DNA of 64,000 nucleotides from Octopus sinensis (lineage: Eukaryota), in contig NC_043001.1 of the NCBI RefSeq assembly GCF_006345805.1, positions 44,206,001 through 44,270,000 on the forward strand, given 5' to 3'. The position numbers and the translations under genes are program-made. Below the pieces are notes generated by a model. That model worked only from the letters and a program-made list of their open reading frames with translations, did no database searches and was not told where the DNA came from. Of the stretch, positions 1 through 12,865 are shown in pieces (positions within the stretch are counted from its first letter, which is position 1; each line of letters starts with the position of its first letter).

Positions 1-808
1 TCAAACATTGCTATAGAAAATGGGTTATTAGCTAATATTCAATTGGGTATACAACAAAATTTTACGATAGAATTTGTTATTCTGGGTAACTTTCTGATAC
101 CCATAATAATATTTATGGCAAAATAGGCCTTAATTTCATTTAAGGTTGTGGGAAATAACAAACTGTCGTTTCTTTCGCTTTGTTTACGTTTAGCGTAACA
201 GTTCGTTTCCGCCGTAATGATTTCAAATAGACTCATTCGAAAAAGTAAAAAGAAATAGTCTAAGGCTTTACTCTTCTGGGAAAGTCTGTGGCTTGGTCCA
301 GTTTCTTCAGAAAAATCACCGAAAGAAACAGTTTTTAAATTTTCACTCCATTCAGGTGCCAATTCATTTTCTTTATCGGTCAGAGCTCTCGAATTCACTG
401 TTTTCACTTTCGGAAAATGAAACATCAGATTCATTATCAAATACCACATGCTTTTTTTTTTCAGTCATCGAGTTAGATTTATCAAGGTCTTCAGTAGAAA
501 ATCCTTCGAATTCTGACTCGCTGCTTGATATAATGAAATTTGTATCCATTTTTTGTCAGAATTACAAATTTTGAAAACACAATAGGAACAAATTTCGGAA
601 AAAAACCTCCCAAAATTCACGGAATTAAAATTACACTTCGATTTTTGTACAAAACTGTAGTTGAACTGTTTACGAAGTATAATACGTGTTTTCACAAATG
701 TACTAAAGAGATTTGCTCTGATATTCTCATTTAAATATGAATAGGTAAATTCGGGCGGCTTGGTCACATTAACCAAAATTTTTTTCGGGCGGTTTCGTAA
801 CGAAAGGG
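1..808 (-). mobile_element. piggyBac non-autonomous element (PGBD4-like transposase N-terminal relic) in a CBS intron; truncated by the window edge
   Basis: Terminal CCCTTTCGTTAC TIR (797-808, reverse) abuts TTAA at 809-812. The - strand encodes the acidic SSSESEFEGFSTED start and the ORF 39..449 motifs LDYFFLLF..EIITAETNCYA..TTLNEIKAYFAINIIMGI typical of DDE_Tnp_1_7. Confidence 0.85.
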
Positions 809-933
809 TTAAATCAAAACTGAGTAGATTGTATAATATTGCTTTGGTATAAAGTTTGTCTCTTTGGCTGGTGAGTTTTGTAACAAATGAAATTATTCAG
901 TGCTTGATATGTTTCTTTGTCAATTTATTCCAG

Positions 934-1068
934 GTGGTCAAACTTGCCTGTTACTTCATTAAAGCTAAATACTCCAACAATTATAACTCCAAATACAGGT
1001 ATACAACATGCTCTTGAACTGCTAAACAAAAACAGCTTTGATCAAGTACCAGTTGTTGATGAGGAAGG
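934..1068 (+). CDS. CBS: CBS internal exon (135 bp)
   Basis: ttccag acceptor at 928-933, gtaagt donor at 1069; encodes FDQVPVVDEEG. Confidence 0.95.
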
Positions 1069-4000
1069 GTAAGTATATGGTGCAATGACATCCCTAATAT
1101 ATTAGGGATGTCTAATTATTTATCTATTACATTAGTGAGTCAGTCAGTCAGTCAGACTCAGACTTAACACTTGACCTATTCATTTCGATTTTTGCTACAT
1201 CCATTGTAGTCTTGACCTGTCCATTTTAAAAGTAGGCACACTTACTGTAGGATGGATTTTTGTGTCTTGACTGCATAACCCTGTTAATTTATAAGAGCTT
1301 CTTTGTAAAAAAAATTTCTTAATTATTCAAATAGTAGCAATTCAACATCCACACACAAAATGTTGTTTGTTTTTTTTTGTCTTGGAAATATTGTTAGCAT
1401 CATAGATGGGAACACTTTAAAGATAACTTAACAATATCTTAATATGACAATATTAGTTTACACTGTTTCATCAATAGTATATGAAACTGTACAAATCAGG
1501 CTTTGATTTATTTTATTTTTTTATTGTGTTTTAGTTGAAAATGCTCACTAATAGCTTTTTTAAAAAATATATCATTACATATAAGATGTAATTTCTAACA
1601 AACTAGATTTACTTTTACAAAGTTTTTTTTTTTTTACTCTTAGAAAAATACTTGGAATGGTAACTGTTGGAAGTATGATGTCAAACATCACACACAAAAA
1701 AGTGAAACTCTGTGACCCTGTTTCAAAAATATTGTATAATCAATACAAGCAGGTAAATTAGTTTTTGTTTATCATGAATGAAGTTTCAAATGACATCCAT
1801 CTGAATGATTTGTAATGTTATTTTGTTGTTATTACTATTATTATTATTATTATTTTTGCTGCTTTAGATGCCAACAAGTGCTACAGTTGGACAGTTATCT
1901 CATTTGCTTGACACAGACCAGTTTGTTCTCATTCTACATGATCAGCCACAACGTAAGTATGCATTAAGATTGAGTTGCGTCTTTTAAAATAGCCAAAATG
2001 TTTTGATATGTTTAGCTGACAATTATCTTCATTTCCTAACCAAATTGTATATATTTATTGACGTCACTCTTTTGATTAAACATTGGTTTTGTGTTTGAGT
2101 ACAGAATTATGAATCTCCAATTGCAAATTTGTCTCTTCTTTTGCCTACAAGTCAGCAAACCTTCAACAATTGTTTTTCAAGCAAAGTAATCTCTATTAGT
2201 TGTTTTTTTTTTTTTAATTTCTCTTGCAATACCATTTCACTAGTAATTTTATTCTCAGTTCTACTAAATGTTTTATTTTTTATTAAAATACTTGTTTCTA
2301 GTCTCATCTAAAGTATTTAGAATTCTTTTCTGGTTTGCCAGCCCTCAATCAAACTGTCCAACACATGCCAGCATGGAAAGCGGATGTTAAATGACAATAA
2401 TGATGATGCAAATATGATTTGCATGACTTTCTGACTTACCCTCATATATTTATGACATGTTTAGCTTCATCTCAGCACAAATCTCAAATGTTGCCACTTA
2501 TTGTTTAGTTTCCTTTGAGCAGACCTATGATGACCAAAACAATTTCTGTTGTTACAATTTCATCTTTATTTCTGGAGGCTGTACATGTCCAGGACTGTCT
2601 AATGTGTCCTTTCTCTTTCCAAACAGTAGAGTGTAATTTGAGAGAGATAGGGCTGCTATTAAGAGTAATCCAAATAACTACAGAGCCAACACAAAATTTT
2701 CTTGTCGGTTCAGCATGTTGCCAGCTAGGCCATTTCTTGGGATCTGACTGACTACTCTTTTACTTGTTTCAGTCATTTGACTGTGGCCATGCTGGAGCAC
2801 CACCTTTAGTCAAAGAAATCGACCCCAGGGCTTATTCTTTGTAAGCCTAGTACTTATTCGATTGGTCTCTTTTGCCGAACCGCTAAGTTACGGTGACGTA
2901 AACTCACCAGCATCAGTTAACAAGCGATGTTGGGGGACAGACACACACACATATATATATATATGATGGGCTTCTTTCAGTTTCTGTCTACCAAATCCAC
3001 TCACAAGGCTTTGGTCAGCCCGAGGCTATAGTAGAAGACACTTGCCCAAGGTGCTACGCAGTGGGACTGAACCCAGAACCATGTGGCTGGTAGTAAGCAA
3101 GCTACTTACCACAGAGCCACTCCTGCACCTGTTGACTAGTTAACTTTTTAATATAAATCATCTTTGATTTATCTTTTGAAACAATCTTTTTAAATTCCCT
3201 TTAAGAATATCATTTGATTGTGGCCATACTGGGGCACTGCTTTGAATTTTAGTCAACAAATCGATCCCAGTACTTATTATTTTTGTAAAACCTGATACTT
3301 CTATTAGTCTTTTTTTCTGAACCACTAAGTTATGAGGACATAAACACACCAACACTGGTTGTCAAGCAATGGTGGGGGACAAACACCAACACATACATAG
3401 ATATACAATGGGCTTCTTTCAGTTTCCATCTACCAAATCCACTCATAAGGCTTTGGTCAGCCCGAGGCTATAGTAGAAGACACTTGCCTATAGTATCATA
3501 GCCATGCCTGTGCCTCATTTATTTCAGGAAACAAAGAGGTCATTAGAATAAAAATAAGCACTGGGATTGATCTGTTGACCCCCCACCCCCCCACCCAAAA
3601 AATCTGCTGCAATGCCCCAGCATGGCCACAGTCCAATGACTGAAACAAGTAAGATAAACAATATTTAATTATAGCTTCATTTTTAATACTGCAATGTCTT
3701 ATCAAATGAAGGCAAGATTATCCAAGTTGGTTATGACAGTTTTGATTGGGAACAATGTGAATAGCAGATTACTCATTTTTAAAAATCTAATTAAACAAAC
3801 ATTAAGTTGATTTTCAATTTTAAGACAATTCCTTTGTAAAAGAAATAAAGTTCTAATATCTATAATTCCACCATCATGCCTGAAGGTGTGGCTGTATGGT
3901 AAGAAGTTTGCTTCTCAACCACATGGTTTTAGATTTAGTCCCACAGCATGGCACCTAAGGCAAGTGTCTTCTACTATGGTCTTGAGGTCAACCAAAGCCT

Positions 4001-4697
4001 TGTGAATGGATTTGGTAGACAGAAACTAAAAAAAAGCCTAGTGTGTGTTAGTTTCCTTATCTTAACATTGCATGATAGCTGTGAATGAGTTTCATTGTGT
4101 CATGCAAGTGATATCCTTCATTTCCAGTCATCCATGAAAATATGTCTGGTCCTCCTCCTCCTCTTCATCATTTAACATCCATTTTCCATGCTGGCATTGG
4201 TCAGACAAAGAAAGTTGCCAACAGGCAGCTATGAGAATTAAACCCATATCCCCTCGAATACCAGCTGAGTGCTCTGCCATTAAGCTAAACAGCCCCATGC
4301 AGAAATATTACCTTATTTGGAAACGGGTGAAGTTGACAAAAGAATGGGCATCCAGCCATAAAAAATTCAGGTCAACAAATTCCATCCAAACAATGCCAGC
4401 ATAGAAAAGAGAACATTAAAACAATCATGAAAAAAAAAATTGGTTTTTTTTATTTTTAAATTGACTTAATTGAAACAAAAAATTATTTGGTATTACTCTC
4501 TAATTCTTAGCATTTTGGGAAATGGTTCCTAAATAGCATTTTGCCTCATAATTTTTACATTTGATATTTTTCTCATTACAGGTGGTCATCTTCATGGTTC
4601 TGTCCAAACGAACATCTTTGGAATTGCTACTCGTCTGGACCTTCTTAATTTCTTGTCAAAAAAAGACACCCATGGAATTAACAATGGCACACACTAA
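934..4697 (+). CDS. CBS: Cystathionine beta-synthase, 3' part (C-terminal CBS/Bateman regulatory domain); join(934..1068,1644..1752,1868..1952,4582..4697); 5' exons lie upstream of the window
   Basis: The spliced translation is (W)WSNLPVTSLKLNTPTIITPNTGIQHALELLNKNSFDQVPVVDEEG/KILGMVTVGSMMSNITHKKVKLCDPVSKILYNQYKQ/MPTSATVGQLSHLLDTDQFVLILHDQPQ/RGHLHGSVQTNIFGIATRLDLLNFLSKKDTHGINNGTH*. It matches the remembered human CBS C-terminus ([65 protein letters not shown]). All introns are GT-AG with compatible phases (2,0,1). Confidence 0.96.
1644..1752 (+). CDS. CBS: CBS internal exon (109 bp)
   Basis: Poly-T tract then tag acceptor, gtaaat donor at 1753; encodes KILGMVTVGSMMS. Confidence 0.95.
1868..1952 (+). 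CDS. CBS: CBS internal exon (85 bp)
   Basis: tttag acceptor, gtaagt donor at 1953; encodes VGQLSHLLDTDQFVLILHDQ. Confidence 0.95.
2755..3130 (-). mobile_element. tRNA-derived SINE family A
   Basis: Head GGAGTGGCTCTGTGGTAAG..GGGTTCAGTCCC, GTGGATTTGGTAGACAGAAACTGAAAGAAGCC, internal microsatellite, tail ..GACTGAAACAAGTAAAAG. Confidence 0.85.
3205..3490 (-). mobile_element. SINE family A, head-truncated
   Basis: Same modules as 2755-3130. Confidence 0.75.
3880..4430 (+). mobile_element. SINE with family-A head and RTE-type tail
   Basis: Family-A head followed by GGCATCCAGCCATAAAA..CCATCCAAACAATGCCAGCATAGAAAA. Confidence 0.65.
4582..4697 (+). CDS. CBS: CBS terminal coding exon
   Basis: ttacag acceptor at 4576-4581; encodes IFGIATRLDLLNFL; TAA at 4695-4697, followed by an AT-rich 3' UTR. 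Confidence 0.93.
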
Positions 4698-6629
4698 TAA
4701 TCCTTCCAGCTTGTTACCAGTTTTTATCACATTATATTTCTAATGGTACATGGTGCTGATCTTATATGTTGAATATTACAAAATGTTTTTCTTTTAACTT
4801 ATTTTTTCAATGGAATATGGTGCACATAATTTTTAATATTTTGAATATTTTATAATTCATTGCCACTAAAATTTATAATTACTTTAACATAAATTTTTAT
4901 TAGTTATCCTGTACTGGTCATATATATAGGTTTCATATAAAGTTCTTTATTCATGCCTAAGAAGTATATAATTGATAAGCTATGCTTTAATAGGTGTATA
5001 AGCTAACTTCTAAAAGAAGCCTCCAGTTCAAATAACATTTGTTATTCACTTAAATTTATCTGGAAATTTTGTGTTCTCTATATTAGGTTATGTTTCTTCT
5101 TCTAAAGCCGCAGGTTATGGACAGATGTTAGAGTAATTCTGTAAGAGTTCATACTGAATATTTGCTACTTTATAATTATCATTATTGTTTGTTTTTTTTT
5201 TTCATTTTTGCTTCTAAATTTTATGTTTAACATATGCTTATTGTTTTAAGAGCTATCTTTTTTTATCTGAATTTAAAATTACATCAAGAAACGAAAGTCT
5301 GGGCATTTTGAAAATTTGGTACTTATATCTAACAATACAAATTCCGTTGAATTAGTATGTTAACAGAAAATATCTGAAGATTATGATTTGATGGTATTTT
5401 AAATAAACTATTTTTGATTATTTCTAAGAAAATCGTTTTAATTGCAATATCATCCTCACTATTACCACCACCTAGCAAATTCCATTACATTATATACTTA
5501 GATTTTGTTGTTGCAAGAATTTTAACCTCAGATTTGATAAATTCATAAGTATCACATTATCTTGAACTCCCACCAACAAGAGAAAAATAAGAGGGGAAAA
5601 AAATTTCCCTGCATTAGTCGCAGAAGGATGGGTTTTTTTTTTCCCTGTCAAGAAAGATCTAAAATATTTAGAAGTTTCACTATTAATGACTATAAACCAA
5701 AGTTCAACTTTATTGGTATAGCACCAGTAGCAATACATGTTTTTCCATTACCAAATACTGATTCAGTTCTTATTTGGAATTACTGTCCTCCTAGATGGGC
5801 CAGAGGACAGTTTCTCACTCTTAGATTTCATTTTTGGCATGGTTTCTAAGCCATGTGAGCATTGAAAACTGGAAGTTAAAACAATGGTGATGATTTTTTT
5901 TATCTAGAAATTCCAAGTCCAGTTACAAGATGGTTTGGGAAAGAATTATCAGAGATTACATGCAGTACAAGAATATTTAAAGATGTAGTCTTTGACAATA
6001 CAACAGTGCTTATATAAGATTGACAGACAAACACAATATTAAATCTATTTCAGTATTTCATTGGTTCTAATTTTATCAACTTTAAAGGAATGAAAGAGAG
6101 AGTCTACTTTGATGCATTTTAAACCTAGAATGTAAAGGAATATTCTTAAACACTAATTGATTTCAATCTTCATCACAAGGCTAGACATTCTGATAGGGAT
6201 AATACAGTTCACTGCATCAGTTTCAATAGTTATCTGGTACTTATTTAATTACTTCCAGGGAGTTGAAAGGCAAAGTTACCAAAGGCAGAATTTGAACTGA
6301 AATGGAAAATGATTCTAACAAAGCCACAAATCTTTTGTAGGGTGTGTAGTCAATTAAATTGACTTCCAGAATCTGAATGGTTTTTATTTTATTAATTATG
6401 AGAGATTTCAAGGTAAAGCTGGAAGAATCTGAATTCAGTACAAATCGTCTTGGACAGTTTTGACAGGATCCAATGAACCACAGGGTTGCATCACGCTCCA
6501 TGTCGTGCTTTGGCTCAGGTTTCTGTAGCCCTTCTTAACACCAACCACTTTACAGTGTGTATGGGTCCTTTTTTCATAGGTCAAAAATAAATATTGCAAG
6601 GCAATATTTCAATTCTGCTAACAGCCACC

Positions 6630-7010
6630 ATACTATTAAGAAGCTTTTCTACTACAGGCACAAGGCCTGAAATTTTGGTAGGAGAGAGTTAGTTGATTAT
6701 ATAAACCCTGGTGCTCAGCTGGTACTTATTTTATTGACCCCAGAAAGGTAAAGTCAAAATGCCACTAAGCATTTTACCCAGCTTATTAAAAATTCTGCCA
6801 GCTCCCCATCATCATCACTGCCATAATAATTCTTTCTGTAAAAGGCATAAACCCTGAAATTTTGGGGGTGGAGACTAGTCAATTACATTGACCCCAGTGT
6901 TTCACTGGTACTTAATTTATTGACCCCCAAAAGGATGAAAGACAATGTTGACTTTGGCAGAATTTGAACTTAGAATGTAAAGACAGATAAAATGCTGTGA
7001 AGCATTATGC
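6630..7010 (-). mobile_element. SINE family B tandem train
   Basis: Repeated core GAGTTCAAATT..GTCAACTTTGCCTTTCATCC and tail AAATTTCAGGCCTTGTGCC. Confidence 0.75.
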
Positions 7011-7205
7011 AAACTTTGTAGGAGAGTATATTCAGTTTGTCTACTAGTAAATGATTGGTATTTATTTTATCGACCCCATGGAAAGATGAAAATGAAGTTG
7101 ACTCACAATGCTTTGAAGAATAATTGTGAAAATTTGTTTATATTGTTCTTATTTGCTTTCCCATGGTTGCTTCACAGACACATATGAGCAATCTTGATCA
7201 GAATA

Positions 7206-7350
7206 TTAAGAAGTCAGCAAAAAGTTCAGTAAAGAATCATCATTTGAAACTGTAGATTCTTTGTTCAAAAGTGCTTTCATTTCACATTTCACCTGCCAGG
7301 ATGGTTGTTTTTTGGTCTTTTTGTGTTTTGAATTGCGTTGCTTTTCCGAA
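7206..7350 (-). CDS. C18orf21: C18orf21-like terminal coding exon
   Basis: ttcttttctcttttctctcaag acceptor; TAA at 7208-7206. Confidence 0.85.
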
Positions 7351-10300
7351 CTTGAGAGAAAAGAGAAAAGAATGTATGTTATATTTGATGCCAAAATCTG
7401 ACTGAAAAGCAAAATTTCAAGCCAAACATTTCAAGTCCCAACTAAAACTTACTGTACATGTAATTAAACAAATTGTAGAGTTATTAAAGACATACAAAAT
7501 AAAGTAATTAAACCAGAGTAACTAATTGGAAATCACTGCTAGCCGCATGTCTTAGAACAATACCCACTATGAAATGGTTACTAGCTCAAATTCATCTGCG
7601 TGAGTTATTGGAGGAGGTAACAGAAAGAGTCATCAACCAAATGCAGTGCCTGGTTTAACACTACTACCTGGTTTCAGTGCATGTTTAACAGAATTCATTC
7701 CAGACAGCTTCCCAATTCTTTCTTAACCCATATTTCTCCCACATATCAGCATATATTAACCCACAGATGGTGAGGCTGGCATTGAAGTCCCCTATAAATT
7801 CCACCAACCTGGAAAGTCATGCAAAAGTTACAGACATTGCCCCTCCTCTTATTAATTTACAAGTAAAAAAAATGACCAGTTATTTGAGTACTAGACTGGC
7901 AATTTATTTCATTAACTACTGAAGGATGAAAGGCAAAACTGATCTCAGCAGGATTTGAACTAAGAACATAAAGGACTGCATAGATACCAGATGGTATTTT
8001 GTTTGACATCTACTGAAAATGCCAAGTTATATCCAAGAACCTCACAGTATTAACAATTTCTTACTGTGGCACAAGTATACGCATAATGTAGGGTTGTTGT
8101 TTGTTCCTTCTCGAACCACGCCTGGTTCATAAGGGCTGGTTTCCTTGGCATATAGCTTCCCCACCTGGACGGGACGCCGGTCCATCGCAGGTGAGCAGCA
8201 AGAAAGAGTGAGAGAAAGTTGTGGCGAAAGAGTCAGCAGAAGTTTGCCATTACCTTCTGCCGGAGCACACATCGCCCGGTCTGAGATTTGAACCCGCAAT
8301 CCCTTGACCATGTGTCCCCTGCTCTAACCACTAGGCCATGTGCCTCCACATAATGTAGGGTACAGTTGGTTAAATCATACTCAGTATGTGTCTCTAATAT
8401 TTGTTATCCAATATATAAATGATTTCTAAAATTGGTGTAAGATCATAAAACTGAACTCAAGATGCAACAGACTGTAACAAAGAACCACAAAAGCTTGTGT
8501 CCATTACTCAACGAAATATGTCATTCCACAAGCCAAATTAATAATGGCTTCTGATACTGGTACAACCCAAACTCATATGGAAGAAGAGTAAAGTTATTTC
8601 AAATAATCCCCAGTATCAAATCTTGGCAGGATGAATGATAAATCAACATGCAGAATTTGAACTCATAACAAAATATGTACATTAAATACTATTTGTCTAT
8701 TGTTATTTCTACCCTTTCTAATAGAGGCACTGTAGAGTTGATCCTATCATGGTGGGAAGGTTAAATGAGTGTCAGAGCTATGCCGTTGAGAGTTCCTGGC
8801 AGGGCCTTCCAAGATAGACAGGTCTGATACCTGGTGGTGCTAGGGCCACAACCCAGCTAACAGGAGGGTAATAGTGAATTCCAGAATCCGGTGCCTTCCT
8901 GGTGGCGTTGGATCACATCTGTGGTGAGTATGTGCAACAGGACTACCACCTGCCATTGGTCGTGAATGGTGACTTATAAATACAGACAAGAACTGTTTTT
9001 GCAGGTTGATCATCCCTTGAGACTCTTATGAACTCACAATAGGAGCTAGCTTAATCCCTCCTGGGTGAATGCCATTACAAGAAGACAAAAATATTTGACT
9101 GGCATTTATCAATTCAAGAAGGGATTTAAAGGCAAAATAGGACTTGTGCTTTATCAATTCTACCAATCTACTTCTCTATTCTACTGCTACTACTTATAAT
9201 AATCCTTTCTACTTAGCATCATATTGTCTGACATGTTAATGATTCTGCCAGCTTCCTGTCCCAATCCTTTCTACTATAAGGACAAGGCCTGAAATTTTAG
9301 GGAAGGGACAGTCAGTTACATTGACCCCAGTATTTGACTGGTACTTTATTTTGATGTCCCACACCCCCTGGAAGATGATGAAAGGTAAAGTTGACCTCAG
9401 AAGAATTTGAACAAAGAACGTAAAGAGTCAGAACAAATACTGCAAGGTATATTTTGTCCAACACTCCAACAATTCTGTTATTCACCAACCTTTGAATTAA
9501 GGTACAAGGCCAGTAATTTTGAGGGGAGAAATTAGTCAATGCCATTAACCCCAAGATTTTACAGGTACTTTATTTCACCATTTCTGGAAAGATGAAAGAC
9601 AAAATTGACTTTGGCAAAATTTGAACTTAAAGAGCTAGAAATTCCAAGGGAAGGAGTAAAGGGATGGCTAAGTTGATTAGATTGAGCCTATTGCTCAAGT
9701 AATTCTTATTTTATTGACCACAAAGGGATGAAAGTCAAAGTCAACCTCAGCACAATTTGAACTCAGAATCTAAAACAGACAAAATGCCACTAAACATTTT
9801 GCCCAGTGTGCTAACAATTCTGTCAGCTCGCCACCTTACTAATAATAATAACAACAACTGTTTCAAATGTAGCATAAAGCCTGAAATTTGAAGGGTGGGG
9901 AATAATTGATTACATCAATACTAATACTTATTGGTACTTTATCAAATCCCCCTACTGCATAAACACACAAAACTTTCTTTTAAGTCTCACCTTATTGAAG
10001 ATGCTTTCTTTTTGGAGGCCTTCTTTTTCTCAGATTTCATTTCTGACATAATTTCCATCACTAGCTGTTGTTTTTTCAACTTAGAATCTTCTGCAAAAAT
10101 TAACAAAAAAAAAACACATACACATAAATATTCACTTACATACACAAGATACGTGCATAAACACATTCACACTTTAAGTATTTATCACACACCATAAATA
10201 TCTTCATAATCATCATTGTTTAACACCTGCCTTCCATACTAGCATGGGTGGGACAGTTTTACAAAAGCTGGCCAAACAGAAGCCTGCACCAGACTTCTGT

Positions 10301-12825
10301 GACTGTTTTGGCAGGATTTTTACAGCTGGATCCCTTCCTAAAACCAACCACTCAGCAGAGTGGACTCAGTGCTTTTTACATGGCACTAGCACAATAAATA
10401 GTCAAGAAGCTCTAATGACTTCAGTGGAGTGTGATGGACATTTTGATAGTGATGCCTTTGCAGGGATATTTACAATAAAGTGACGTAGCTACAACAGGAA
10501 ATTGAGAATAGCTCATGAATTCAATTAGCATCTTAGTTCATAATGGGTTGTCAGCCTAGCATTGAAAATGGAAGTTCTCTAGATTGTAGAGAAGTGGAGC
10601 AAAAATGGTTTGCTGGATATGCCAGGCTGTCTTGTCTGAAAAGCTGAGCACAAATAAATGAAGAAGGTGACTGGACATGAGGCTCATGTGTGCAGGAGAA
10701 ATTACTGTGCTAATATGGATGTGTGATTTGAATCAAAAATGATTAGTGAAATGTAACCATGGAAGACAAAAACCAAAGAAAGGTGATTTTTTTTATTAGA
10801 TCTCCAGATGCTGTAATCTCATACATTATCCACATACCCACCTTGTCACTACATAAATGAAGTAAAAAAGTAAGACAAGTAGCAATATACTAAATGGCAA
10901 ACCCATTCCAGTATGGATGAATAAATGACCATTCTATATAAATATGAATATACAGGTAATGATGGTTTAGTACACTGTTAACAAATACTGTCAATGGAAC
11001 TTGTGGAAGAGGGAGACCAAAGAAGACATGAGATGAAGTATTGAAGGCTAGCTCATGACACTGAACCTTATGAAGGAGATGATTAAGGACCAAGATATCT
11101 GATGCAGTGCTGTACATAAGAACACCTGTTTGCCACAACAAAATTGAAACTGATGCTGGTGCCACATAAAATGCACCCAGTACACTCTGTAGAGTGGCTG
11201 GCATTACAAGGGGCGTCCAGTCATAGAAACCATGCGAGAACAGACAGTGGAGCCTTGTGTAGCCACTGACCTTATCTATCAGCTCTGGTCAAACCATCCA
11301 ACCCATGCCAGTATGAAATATGATGATGATGTCAACTCAAAAGATATTTCTACTCAGTATTTGCTGTCCACACAAATTGTATGTGAGTGCACATAAATAC
11401 ACATAGGCATGTATATGTGTGAATGCATTTACACAGAAGAGTGTGTACAGCATGAGACTATACATCTGTTGCTCAATCAACTGTATAAAATTGAATGCTA
11501 AGCTGCATTACACTGCAATCCCTAAATAGTATTGGGGGCCCAGGGCAGAGAAGATAACTACTTGACAAAAATCAAATATTGTTATAGACATGGTACAGAC
11601 ATAGCTGTGTGCATAAAAAATTTGCTTCACAATCATGTGGTTTTGGGTTCAGTCCCAGTGAGTAATACTTTGGGTAAGTGTCTTCTGCTATAACCATATA
11701 AATGAATTTCATAGATGGAAACTGAAAGAAGCTAGTCATGTATGTGTAAGTATAAAATAATAATAATAATAATGAAATTATTGTATACAGTGCTCAGGTG
11801 CACCACAACTTGTCAAAAGTGCGTATAAAGCATATGCAGTAATGTACAAATGTCTGGAAAGTGAACAGTGTATGAGTCAGATACATGCTTGCGTGTGTAT
11901 GGAGGGGAGAAAATCAGGTGTAATGTTGGCAAATCTCAGGAAGCATGGAAGTTTTGAAGGATGCAGTATTCCGACAACTAACAACTGATGCCGGCAGTTT
12001 GTTCCATGCTTCAGCAACTCTTAGCGTGAAAAAATGTTTCCGAAAGTCATGGGAGCTGTGCTGTTTTCTGACTTTGTAAACATGTCCACGGGTGTTAGAC
12101 AGGTGGAGTTTGAAAAGGTGCTCAGAGTTATTGTTTGTAAGATGGTTAATAATTGTCTCCTCTATCTTAATATTATATGATAGTTGTAAATAAATGTCAC
12201 AATCATTTAAGCAGTGTCGTCTGTTTCCAGTCTTCCATGAAAACAACATCTGGTTATGAGGAAATATTATCTTGCTTGGAAACAAGTGAGAGTTAGTGAC
12301 AGGAGAGGCATCAGCTGTAGAAAATCCATCTCAATGAATTCCATCTGATCCATACAAGCATGAAAAAGTGTATCATAAAACAATTAATAGGAAGGGAAAT
12401 AATTTGCTCTGGCTCAAAGTATTTCCCTGTGCAAGAATGAAAACAGTAAAAAAAAACAAAAAAAACTCACCCACAGAATTGTCAGTGATGTTTGAAGGAG
12501 TAGTCCACTTAATAGGTAACCGTTTCTTTCCTTTGTAACTATTTCTGGTATGGCACACTCGACATGTAAGGACCTTCAGGTAATGAAACATAAAATAAAT
12601 AACACACAAATACATGCTACATAAGAAGAAAGGTAAAATATTTGGAACAGTGCAGGTGTTACATACACAGTATCATCATCGTTTGACGCCTGCCTTTCAT
12701 GCTGGCATGGGTTGGACAGTTTGACAGCAGATTAGACAGGAGCCTGCACCAGACTTCTGTGTCTGTTTTGGCACACTTTTAGAGCTGGATGTCCTTCCTA
12801 ACACCAACTACTAAGCAGGGTGGAC

Positions 12826-12865
<40 letters not shown>

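Noticed and set aside
465-776. 103-aa ORF recurring at 39995 and 41052
   Set aside because: Recurs only because it lies in the piggyBac 5' subterminal region; starts at GTG in or near the TIR; no protein motif.
8720-9100. GC-richer island in a C18orf21 intron
   Set aside because: No usable ORF or splice pair; probably a LINE UTR relic, but I cannot classify it.
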